DNA of 64,000 nucleotides from Haplodiscus bocki (Eukaryota): NCBI GenBank assembly GCA_965655095.1, contig OZ296648.1, positions 18,724,001 to 18,788,000 of the forward strand, read 5' to 3'. Shown piece by piece: positions 12,450 to 23,762 of this stretch (position 1 is its first letter; each line of letters starts with the position of its first letter). The notes under the pieces were generated by a model. It saw only the letters and a program-made list of their open reading frames with translations, ran no database searches and was not told where the DNA came from. The position numbers and the translations under genes were made by a program.

Positions 12450-13715
12450 ATGTCAAACAACAGTTCGCGGTACGAACCTTTTGCGGCAGTGTCGGGAACT
12501 CTTGGAGGGAAAGTTTTAATTGTTAACGATGTCCTGTCCTCGCATGATCAGGAATTTTATCTAACTACCTTGCTTGATGAAAACTGCATAGAGTTTGAAT
12601 TTCAAACGAATTAGAACTATTACGTTGATTTGAGACTCTCTTTTTTGGCATTGAAGCTCAAATTTGTCAAAAGACGTGGTTACGATACATACGAGAGTAG
12701 GGAAAAGAAAAAGGAGCAGAAAAACCAGTCTGCTGTTTTCACTGAAGGAGGAACAGATGACGATAAAAAACAAGAAGTTGCTCGAGTTACCTATGTCTTT
12801 CATTTCAAACAACCTTAAGGCAGCCATCTGTGAATACAAGGAAGATTTGCATTGTGAATGCTATGACTTTGAACAGGATCCTGAGGACGTTAGTTCCCCT
12901 ACTTGATCCCTTTTTTACAAGGAGAATGAAACTGCTAAGTTGACCTGACGGTTTCATGTTGTATGGCAAATTGGGGATTGGCTTTTTCTCAACTTCTGAA
13001 CTGCTCTATCCAAATATGAAAATTAGACTGCAGCTGTTTAGAGCTAGACCCAATTTTTACATGAGTCGCGACAACCCCAATGTCAGTCTTGGAATTGTGG
13101 ATTGTTCACTTTACACTCGTCGTATTGCTCTCAAGAATGGTTATCACAAAAAAAGAATGGACATGCTCGTTTATGCTTATACTCCTGTAGACTACAATCA
13201 TTTGGATACTTTGGCAAAGACATTCATCATACCTGCGAGACAAAACCAATTCGTTCATGAAAACTTTTTCAACAATGCTCCCATTCGTCGAGTCGCGATT
13301 GCAATGAACACAAACTCTGCCTTCACTGGTTCTTTTACTGAAAATCCTTTCTGGTATCAACAATTTGATCTCAGACAAAATAGATTACTCAGAGGAGGAC
13401 AGCCTATTGTAGATTCTGATAGTGCTGACAATTGTTGTCTAAATGTGACTACCATGAAAGCAATGAACTTTCAAGATGATTTTCCCTAAAATCCCCATTG
13501 ATGATTTCAAAGATCACTATGTGCTGGTGTTTGACTTGACTTCAATGCAAGACGTTTTTGAAAATTGTCACTATCGTGAACTTGTTGGGGAACCACTGAG
13601 ACTGGAACTGAATTTTACCCAACCTCTTGAAAACGTTACGGAACTCTTTGTACTGGGTGAACGAATGCCGTCGGTTGCAGTTGACAAGTTTGGTGTTGTT
13701 GGAAAAAATGTGTAA
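12450..13715 (+). pseudogene. Major capsid protein (double jelly-roll), with internal deletion (element 1)
   Basis: LLYPNMKIRLQL.R, NFFNNAPIRRVAIAM...AFTGSFTENPF.YQQFDL and VLVFDLT...LRLELNF..PL motifs. Confidence 0.85.
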
Positions 13716-13716
13716 A

Positions 13717-14107
13717 AAGGATCATTTTCGTCTGCAAAAAATTATCAATCGTATCTCTCTGTTCATCTTTCGGTTCCCCGATTCGTTCTCCTCAGACTAT
13801 GTTTCAACTCTTGATAATGATACTTTTGCTCTTCTGAAAACGCAACCCTGCAATATGCAGGGTGAACATTCGATCATGATTGGAAAAATCTGACACAAAT
13901 TATATTTTGCACTCTCTTGGATGTAAGGGGTACAGTTTTCTCAGCAACAACCAGCGCTACAAGCAGATGATGCCAGCAGCCCTACAGTCTCAACAAAGTG
14001 TATGCGGCTTTTATACAAAAAATGCAGCTTTTCATCTCTTCAAGTTTCGACAGGTAGAAATTACAGGGGTTCACGGTATTGATGTACTCTCTTTTATAAG
14101 TAATTAA
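13717..14107 (+). pseudogene. Adenain-type cysteine protease (element 1)
   Basis: TQP...GEH.IM, (D/H)SLG and LQSQQSVCGFY catalytic motifs. Confidence 0.8.
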
Positions 14108-14171
14108 AAGTAATTTTTCAATCTTTGTATGTCTATGTGCAGTGTATATTATGTTTTTGTCCAGTTTTAAA

Positions 14172-14576
14172 ACTTTACGGCGATTGCAACCGACAACTTT
14201 TCCCCAGAACTTGCTGTACTGCCCACAACAAACAAAATGAGAGACAGCCGGGACTATTCAAGGAACAGTTTAGATATTCGGAAATGTTGTGCTTGTGTAG
14301 CAAAAGATATTGTTGCTACGATCGCAAGAGCGACAGGTACCAATTCAGTAGCAAGGGACCCAATAAAAAACTCTAGAAGACTGAAGAGATGGACCCATGT
14401 CAAAGTATCGCAAAGTGTTACAAGAGGCAGTCAACGTTACTTCAACCAACAGAGGATTTCGAACGCTTCAGCATAACGTTGCTACGCATGAACAAACAAA
14501 GGAAAGATTGTCTTACTTTTATCCAAAAAGAATGGTAGAAGAACATGGAATATACACAAAACCCTTACACTTGTAA
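14172..14576 (+). pseudogene. Isolated 3' end of pPolB, probably within the right TIR of element 1
   Basis: FFPRTCC...PGLFKE.F...MLCLCSK.YC...SSKG.NK...STNRGF...LSYFYPKR.V..GI.TKPL. Has no start and lies on the strand opposite to the pPolB at 1-1880. Confidence 0.8.
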
Positions 14577-15151
14577 ATTTGATAATAGTTTTAATTGTTT
14601 GTCCATTTTTATACTTTCACATAAAGTTTTTCAAACTATTACACAATTTTTTTTACAAAGCTTTAAATCATATCAGTATCCCCACCCGTAAAAAAATATA
14701 AACAGGCGTATTAAATATACGCAGGCGTAATATTTATCCGCGCGGGCGGGCGGAAGTGCCCAAAGGTTCGATTTTTCAAAAAAAACCTCACTGCCAAAAA
14801 TTGTCGGACAGTGACGAAAATATTCAAAATCTGCATACATTGAGTCGAACCCTATCTTAATACTTTGAGCCGAACTATACCTTATGTTAATACATTATTC
14901 AAAACCCAAAATTAGCCCAAAACCAAATTCTTGTCGGCAGCCAATCGGAATCGAGCACGAAAAAACCTTAAACGTCGGCAGTCGGTCAGAATCTAGTATC
15001 ACAGTGCCGAAAAACACCCGAGAGCTCTCGGCTAGGGTTGAAAACCCTTCTCAATTCTGGGCTCGAGTCGGCTTGCTATAGCCGGTCTTAATACATTAAG
15101 GTCTTCACCCCCCCCCCCCCCCCTAACAGCTCAGCTCACACTCTTACTACT

Positions 15152-17906
15152 CACCAAATGTCTGTTTGTCGAATATCAGTGAAATTACGCCTTTTTCTGA
15201 AGAACTACAACCTGCGGTCGATGGGCAATTCATCACTCAATTGAAGGTACACGGCCTTTATGACAAGTTTTTGGCACAGCAACCAAATGACGACCCGGAC
15301 CTTAATATAGCGGGTTTTTACTCATTTTCTTCGATTCCACAAGTCAACTTAATTGAAACAAACGTTTTTGAAGACTTTTTAAATGATTTGCCTGACAGAA
15401 CTGAACCTCAGGACTTCGCCCATGAACAACAAAATGATGAAGTTATCAGAGAGGTAAATTTATGGAAAAATCGGTGTAACCCTGATGTGTCGCCAATTTT
15501 AACGTTAGCATTACGAAATTATCGAAAACAGTTTAACCGCCTAGTTGTTGAAAACGATTATTTTTTCGTTTATTCTATGATGACTGCGCTAAATTAAAAT
15601 ACAAACAATTCTGTGTTTCAAAAACGCTTTAGCGTGAAGTTGTCTTCCGCTTCCATAATCCGAAAACTGCCTGACATTTCGGCATTGCCAAAACAGTTGA
15701 AGAATTTCGAAAATGATTATATTTTCCAATTTTTACCGAATTTTTTAGTTCTTTAATTAAAAAGTGCCTCACTTGTTGACAACTTGAATGCGTACCGTCA
15801 AATTTTTTGAAAGCAACGTTACAACCAGTATCGTCGGTGAATTCGTATCCTAGTCAAACACATCAAATTGACCTTGTTGGACCACTAAAATCACAGTTCA
15901 CCCTTATGTGTTGACTGTTGTTGATGTCTTTACAAAACACTTGTTCTCTGTCCATTAGATAAATGTCAGAGCAGACACAATTGCGCGTGAACTTACGTCA
16001 ATCTTTTTCACATATAGTTTTTTACTAAAAACAATTCTTTCTGACGTGGGAACTTCCTTTGTTTCTGAACTTTTGCATGAATCAACGAAATTGCTTCAAA
16101 TTCAACTATAACATGCCAGTTTAAAACACCCACAAACGGTCGGCGTTGTTGAACGCTCTCATAGCGCATATAAATTTATTCCGAAAAAGAATACTAATGA
16201 ACAATGGAACGATTGATATAAACACGTACAACTAGCTTCTTTTATCCACATCCCACATCACGTCTTATCACTCAACGATTGGCTGTAGTCCTATAAATCT
16301 TTTTCACGGACGTAAACCAAAAAAACCTTCGGACCTACAATTCAATAACACTGTGATTGACCTATTTTCTCCGAATAGTGAATACGTTATTGCATTACAA
16401 GATGCAATGAACAAGAACTTCTTCGCAGAAAAATTCAAACTGACCGATATGTACAACAAATACCGTGCCTATTATGATTGCATAGCGAAAGCTAAGCCGT
16501 TAGCTTTCTTCTCTTCCTGTCTTTTACTTAGCCCAAAACTGATGACACGGTCTGACTTTGCGAGTAAAGCGTTGCCAATTTGGCTTCCTCTCTATCGTAT
16601 AGAGAAAATTTTGACAAATTCTAATTACATCTTTCGCAAATTTGTCACGAACTACACACAAAGTGTCCACACAATTAGTTTAAGACCTTTGACCCCGCAA
16701 GGTCGCATTGATGATCTAACGGTCAATAAATTCGAAAGTTTTCAAAGGCACCCATCGTTGGGCCTCTATCGTGGTGAAACAACGTTGTTTGATGAAAGTA
16801 TTCCTTCTTTGCTGGAACCTCCCACCACAGTGGTTGCAACACAAAATATGACGGAAGGCTCGTCACCTGTAACTGTCGATATCCGTTTCCCGATCGCTCT
16901 GGCTTTCGTACCAATTGGACTGGCAGCTGTACCAGCTCCTTTGCCTGCACCTGCTGTGGCAGCGGCCCCAGATTTGATGGCCCCTGACACGGCAGATGTT
17001 GAAACACCCGAGCTGCAAGTTCTAGAGAGACCTTACCTTCCTTCTGAGGATGCTCATTTTTCTGACAGCTCAGATGATTTTTTTACTAATGATGCTTTAT
17101 TCCATGCACGAACGTTACGGTACACTCCTACTCACATGTATTCAGGCGAGCAAAGACTACCAGCCGAGGCAATACCTACAGACCGGCATTCTCCACTGCG
17201 CCCACTTTCACGTTCGCAAAGTTCCCATGCAATTATCGGCGCTGGTTCTGATAACTCATTGAATGACTCCCCGAGAAACATTTTTAATGCATTTGAGTTT
17301 CAGCGGCAGGGACCGCTCCTGGCAGCTCAGTCCACAAAGGCCATGCCTACTGTTGATCAGGGCACCCTCAGAGTTTACCAAAATCGTTTTAGTCATAATG
17401 TTGATAGCGATAGCTCAACTGATTCTCTTCGTGAAAATTCAATATACATCCGTCATTCTCGTACTACTGTTACACCAGAAAGCCAACACGCTCAATCTTC
17501 TATTACGCACTTGCTGAAATCTTATGATCTTCGACCGAAACTACCACCTCGGGATTATCATGAGAAAGTCGTTCAAATCAAATTACCGCCTAAAATGCGC
17601 TGTATTCCAATTAGTGAGCCAGCTGCCACATCGAATCAGCTGACCCAGAGTCAAAAACGAGACGTAATCATTGATTCGTGTCAACGAACAGGAAACCTGC
17701 GAAAAAACTCTGATGTTCATAAACACCCATATGTGCACAATACTTACACCACTTTTAGACATTCGGCAGAGTCCACGCCACCAGGGTTTTCAGAACGCCA
17801 AAAGGAAGGAAAGAAACGCTACCCTTTGAAAAACCTCCAGAAACACTTATCAAAACATAATGATGTCAAGGCAGTCATTGAATCAAATGTACATCGAAAA
17901 CGTTGA
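15152..17906 (+). pseudogene. Gypsy pol 3' part: integrase plus a long Pro/Ser-rich tail
   Basis: H2C2 finger (HFGIAKT...CLTC), QIDLVGPL, VDVFTK, ILSDVGTSF and HPQTVGVVERSH. A GPY/F-like segment (W.PLYRIEKILTNSNY) opens ORF 16353-17906. Confidence 0.88.
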
Positions 17907-18739
17907 TTTTCACAGTCCTATTCTCACAGCCATTACGTGCATAGCACACTGTCTTTAGTCGGATTTTGCAATGGTCAAAAACTTAGCCTCTACGATAGCC
18001 TGCTGCGATCCTGAGCTTCAAGAATTGAGAGAATTACCAATAAATAATTTTCCACCAGGCTCTTTAGTCACTTACTTTGATTAACAACATCAACGTTTTA
18101 TTTACAACTTAGTGACAAAAAGACGATTTTTTTGAAATCTTACCTACGGAAGACTTGAATTGAGTCTCCAAGCGTTAAAGCAACACTTGAAGCGGAATAT
18201 TTTTCGGGAATTAGCTATTCCTAAACATGGAAGTGTCTATGATCAAATACATTGGCCAACAGTTTTTTCAATTTTATTCAAAGTTTCTCTGGTTCAAACC
18301 TTACTATAACAATGTTTCGCCCTATACGATAGCCTAGCATGCCACTATAGTAGAAGACAGTTTCTCTGGCCGCTAATGCTGCATTATTTTGTTCAAAGCT
18401 TAGCTTAATTTGGCCAAAATTAATCAAAGTTTGACTTTGACTTTCAGCGTGATTTTCTCAAGTTCAAACGGTCACCTTACCTTATCCTTGGGTTTTGGTC
18501 CAAAAAATGGCTCCACATATCAGACTATACTGCCCTTGTGGCAATCCCAACCAAAAATTTTTCAATCTTGCCCAACCTGTGTTTCTGAGATTGTCTGAGC
18601 CGACCACATTTTGACTTCTACACTTCATATTTCACCTCGCAGAAGCACCAGCTATCCTTACTCGCCTCCCTCTCAACTTTTGCGCTCGCAGCTTCATATC
18701 TAACGGCATCTGACGGAAACAAAATTTTATTTTAGTCTT

Positions 18740-20320
18740 TAAAACATGACAGTCGATGATGATGGACGATGAGGTTTGTACCTCCGTTTTTTGCCAACGA
18801 ACTCTAGCTCGTTTTAAAGTAAACCCTGCTTGCTCATCACCGCCCCATACACGGAGTCATAATTAAACGACCCATTTGTGTGATTGGCTGAAATTTTGTC
18901 GGTTTGGCGAAATGTTTCAATGCGTGAAATAACCTCCTGCACACTGTGGCAAAAACAATAAGCTTATTACCCTTTCAAAAGGCCAAATCACAAAAGGCTC
19001 ACAATGAAACTGATGAGCTTCCTCTGAATGGATCAGGTGGAAGAGAAATGCAGCTCTCGTGAGGGCTCTTTTCCTTCACTGGATAACGTATCCGGCTTTT
19101 ACCACTCGATTGTCGTCAATAGACCAGGATGTCACACCTGAGAGCCTCTGCTGTCCCGAGCATCTAAATTATACCAGCTCGATCATTTTTGAAATAACAT
19201 ACTATGTATTACCAATATTAGGGAACAGTTTTACCCATGGCTTGCTAAAGAGTCCGTGTGACTTACCGGCCGCCTCCAGTTGCCATTCGTTTGCCGCGTA
19301 GCCCAAGACTTTCACCGACCACTTTTGGAACTCGTCGGTCAACATAACCTCCTTTACTGGCAATCTTATCCGTCTCAACGCTGCTGCATTTTTCTTTTCA
19401 TCTAATATTATCCTTCCTTTAACAATACTAAAAACTGTAACTTTCAAAAAAAACAAAACGTTTTTCTCCCGCTTTTCTTCTCCGTTAACAGAAAGAAAAC
19501 GCAGGAGACCCAACATTTTTCGCCCCCCCCTTGCCAGGATGGCTCGACAGCCAGTTTTTTTGGTTCTGCTAACCACACTGCTGCACTTCCACTGTAATCA
19601 TCTTACAGCGTGGAACTGTAAATCTAACTTCTTACCTGATTTTTGTCTTGTTTCTGCCGCCACGCTTGTCGCTTGTTGCAACCGATTCCCCAGATGATTT
19701 TTCCAGAAAAAAAAGGGCAATTATGGAAGAACCTAATTACATTTAGCTGAACTTTCCTTTTCAGAGTTTTTTTTGTTTAAATTCTATTCTTACACGTTTA
19801 CGGCCCGTTCCAGACCGCCAATGAGAGGTGGTAGCACAAAACTTTTATCTACCAAATAATTACGCACCGTAGCCAGGTCTCGGATGTGTCCCTTTTCTGA
19901 CACATGCTCTGCAAGTAGCACTTTCATTAACAACTCTGTTGTTGCGACTCTGTACCCATACCATGTTAATTCTCCGTCTTCCCTGAGTGCCAAACACTTT
20001 ATTCGTTCTCTCCATCTGTTTTGTTTCTCGACCGGATTACTCACCAGAGTGTCAATCCGCTGGTTTTTGACCATTTCATTTATGGCCGCACACATCAAAG
20101 GCTCCAAAATCTATCTACAATGTTCTTGCTCAAACGTCAAATTCCTCAACTACAGCATGTCAGTAACATGGCCATTACTTTCAAATTTGTCGCTGTAATG
20201 AATGACTTTAGTTTCGAACAATTTGTTATTTCCTACAACATCACCCAAAATTGTTTGAATTACATATTGGGTCGTCCTCCTGCTCTTTTGAATAGTTTTC
20301 TGTTCACTTATGTTTAGTTC
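18740..20320 (-). pseudogene. Antisense spliced gene with several Cys/His clusters, in the pol-env spacer
   Basis: GT-AG introns 19793-19733 (61 nt) and 19635-19592 (44 nt) join ORF 19790-20107 to ORF 19202-19576 in frame. A third intron is 19266-19202 (65 nt). Outer limits are approximate. Confidence 0.65.
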
Positions 20321-20722
20321 ATTCTGCCTACTCTAGCCTGTTTTTGCTGGCTCCCATATTTTTCTGATAATTTCTACCACTATCGACGTGTTTTTTCTCT
20401 TGAGCTTCTACCTTATTTAGCTCATATTGCCTCACATTCTGAACCGACGGTGATTGTGTTTTCACAACCTAATCGCAAGTACCTAATGACAAACGCAACG
20501 TACAAACAAAACTCAAATCAAAAAAAACAACAAGAAAAAAACTATTTTTCTCAGAAAATCTGCGCCATTTCATTTCACTATGATATGGTTGGGACTGCAC
20601 TAATCAAGTTATTGCTTTTCTCTACCACAACTGCCGAAAGTTGCGATGAAACACATAGTAAACTCTTCATTTTATATGGCACGCTAGACAACTGATTGTG
20701 CCCAGAATGACTGCCACTCAAG

Positions 20723-20935
20723 TCAATGTAGACATCCTCTTTCCAACTACATCGGCTTGTAGTGGGCCGCACACAAGCCGTCGTTGTTGCAACCACACCC
20801 ACTTTCCACTTGCACTTTTTATTGCTGACCCATTGTTGCAGCACAAAATTTGTGGCTACACCACACCTTTTTTCGGCACGCTCTGCTGCTCAGAATGATC
20901 ACAGTGATCAACATGATAATTATCATGATTTTCAT
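20723..20935 (-). pseudogene. Antisense micro-ORF: signal peptide plus Cys-rich peptide (two in-frame stops)
   Basis: MKIMIIIMLITVIILSSRA-CRKKVWCSHKFCAATMGQQ*KVQVESGCGCNNDGLCAAHYKPM*LERGCLH*. Confidence 0.5.
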
Positions 20936-21313
20936 TTTTTGAGCTCAAAAACTCGAATTCCATTTTAATTGTTTTACAACAAAAACAACCAAATCAGCTT
21001 ATTGTTCGAAAAAGCTTTCCCTTTCACGCCCAACTAAACGAGCCCTTTTAACACATTTTCTTTTTCGAACGTTGGGGTCGACATTTTCTACAATGAATTT
21101 GACCTCTTCAAGATATGTGACAACCCGGTTTAAATGTTTTGGTTTGTTTGATCATATTCTTACGTCCACGAACTTTGGTAACAACGCTAAACAAGCAACT
21201 TTTCGACTCGTTTGACCGTTTGCAAATACTTCCGCCGACATTTTGGTTGATTTTTTCCGTTCCAATTCGACCTTGAAGGTCCTTTTGAGTTATCGACGAT
21301 TAAACCTGAAAAC

Positions 21314-23675
21314 ATGCTTCTACTTTTTTTCGTGATCTTCACTCCTGCTTCTCTTTGAAGCGACTGGGCTTCTAACATCGAAACCGCGACGAATCCAGAC
21401 GATCTAATTGACGAAGGCATTTTATTCAATGAAGTCAGTAAAATCATACTAACTGAAAAAGTTGTTCGCGTTGAATTTGTTGTCACCTTTCCGACTTACG
21501 AATTTACAATGAACCCGGATATCGAAAAAATGCTGGAACAACTTTCATTTTTGTGAGAACTCCTTCTGTTTTTTGTCCGTTGACTTTTCTCAGCAAATAT
21601 TGTCACGAACACTTCTGGATTTAATGTTAATTGGATGCTTCATCAAATTGATTACGAGATCTCCTTAGCGCAACAAGATCTCGCGCTGTTTCGTAACGGA
21701 ACCGCTATGTTTTTAACTCCGCCTCAGCCTCCCAAGTCTACTCGACACCGTTGCAGCGCCAGTATGGGACTGGCTGCCCTGGCCGCTGGTGGACTGTTCG
21801 GTGGGGGACTTGTTGTAGGTGGTTCTGATTCTTCTGGTTTACGAGGCATTTTTGGACATTGTCAAGATCAATCCAAGGCAAAAGCAGAGAATGTACGACG
21901 CCTTGCTGATTCCAAAATTCTCTAACCGATTATGTTAGGGATTTCATCACTAACATGGATGAAATGTTTTTTGTTGTAGCAAATGGATTGGCGGCCCTTA
22001 ACGCGATACAATCTGAAATGGCCGCGACTCAAGATAAAAATTGGGTCATCATTCGAGAGCAATTAGCTCTTTACGAGCAATTTTTTCATGATTTACGAGC
22101 CTGTGACCACATTTTTTTCGCTGATGAGCAACCTGATTTTAATTTTCATACCGTTTCTTCTTTACTTTCAATGACTCATGCCAGCGTGAAAAGCTACCGT
22201 TCCGCTTTTTTCGCTTTTCGCGTGAACATTTTAGATTCAAATCCTGTTTCGCTTAAAGGACAATTGCCGATGTCGCCTAATCCTATGGAGTCGCTCATAG
22301 CGATTATGGACAGTGTCAGTCTTCGGCAGTCGAAGGCCGGAGATTGCCTCACTTTTTGCTATTCCAGCAAGTAATATATTGTCCTACTACGATTCTCGCT
22401 TGCTCGCTGCTGCTCTTACGGTATCAGAAGGACTCGTTTTGACCCTTAACATACCGCTTGCTTCAGAGCAAACTGTTTTCACACTTTTTGAAGCAAAACT
22501 TATTCCAACGTTTTTCCGGACGACCCTCAGACAGCTCTTACATGGAACATCGAAGCTCCATGTTTAGCTCTTTCTGAAAACAAACTTGAATCGTCCGTCT
22601 TATCTGAGGAACAATTTGAGCACTGCCTCGGTTCGTCGAAGTACTGCATTTGCTCCGAAGCTTTCCCAACGCAGATAAGACACCCTTCTTGTATCACTAC
22701 GATGTTTTTTTTAGTCCTTTTGATGCACTAGCTGTTTGTGAAACTACTGCTATCTCCTTACCTAGTATTAATTAAGTTACGAACCTCAGTTTTGCTGTCT
22801 GGCTCAATAAACCTGCCAGTGCTGATTTCTTTTTCCGTGAATCATCATCTCTAGCAACATCATCATCTTCAAGTTCATTTGTTGTTTGTCATATTTGCAA
22901 CATCACCCTTGGGTGTGGCATGCAACTCCACACGGGGCATATCATCATAGGATCCGATCTTGCTTCATGTTCGATCATTCTGGCAATCAAGTTGCGATGA
23001 CTTTTGCCGGATCCGCTTGAATCCTTGATCATGCAAGTCCCCACGTTAGACGACCTACCCTTATATATCTCGAAGTCAGAGGCAGGAGTGACCCTTCTCA
23101 AAGCAGTGCGAACGAAGGTTAGTAGCAGTCCAGGAGTCCGCCAAGTCAGTCAATTGTTGGAAATAGCACGTCCGTTTGCACAGGACATGAATCTTTTGAA
23201 ACCCTTTCTAACGCGTGAATTTAATCAGTATGTACCTTTCAGGGTGTCTTTTACCTTGACAGTGGTTTTTTTCATCGTTGTCACCGTGCTACGTTTAGTT
23301 TTCATGTATGTTTATCACCGGTTTGATCTTAGAGACCGCATTTTCCCGAAGTCACCTACAAATGATAATACCATCAGACCGGTGCTTCAACTTTCTAAGG
23401 AATGTCCACTAAACCTTTCACAAAAAGTTTCAAAACGTTACCACCTGATTTTCCATAATGCAATTGAATCATCGGAGACACCTCCGGAAGAACATCAAAA
23501 AGCACCACTAGCAGACCTTCTTCAAGCGGCGTCATCATCATCGGCTGCCTCTGAAAGCTCTTATGCAAATGCACTACGCTTCGTTTCAACTGACACGACC
23601 CTCGAACGGGAAAATGTTTATGTGTCCATTGATAAAAACCTTAACACCGCAACGACCGCCGTATGGTCGACTTGA
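21314..23675 (+). pseudogene. env: env: class I viral fusion glycoprotein-like, frameshifted
   Basis: Signal peptide (MLLLFFVIF), decayed furin site RHR(C), Gly/Ala-rich fusion peptide (MGLAALAAGGLFGGGL), heptad region, Cys-rich ectodomain, TM segment (VSFTLTVVFFIVVTVL...VFMYVY) and cytoplasmic tail. Confidence 0.85.
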
Positions 23676-23762
23676 CGTCTCATGTTCATCTTACTAATTG
23701 AAATCAGTGAAACCAAAACATGCATTGTTGTCAAATGTTTGCTGTAACATGTAAAAAACAAG

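Larger units (their letters stand above)
1..15151. mobile_element. Maverick/Polinton element 1 (left end outside window), decayed
   Basis: pPolB, A32-like ATPase, rve integrase, minor and major capsid, and adenain protease remnants in typical Polinton order. The right terminus is poly-C...CTCTTACTACT at 15151 (reverse complement of the canonical AGTAGT), followed directly by Gypsy pol sequence. Confidence 0.92.
15152..23700 (+). mobile_element. Ty3/Gypsy LTR retroelement with env (3' half), decayed
   Basis: Integrase-bearing end of pol, then a spacer, then env. The 5' part is cut off by the Maverick insertion. The 3' boundary is uncertain. Confidence 0.85.

Noticed and set aside
16723-17007. 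Ala/Gly-rich antisense ORFs (also 33841-34176 and 10020-10445)
   Set aside because: Shadow frames of plus-strand coding regions.
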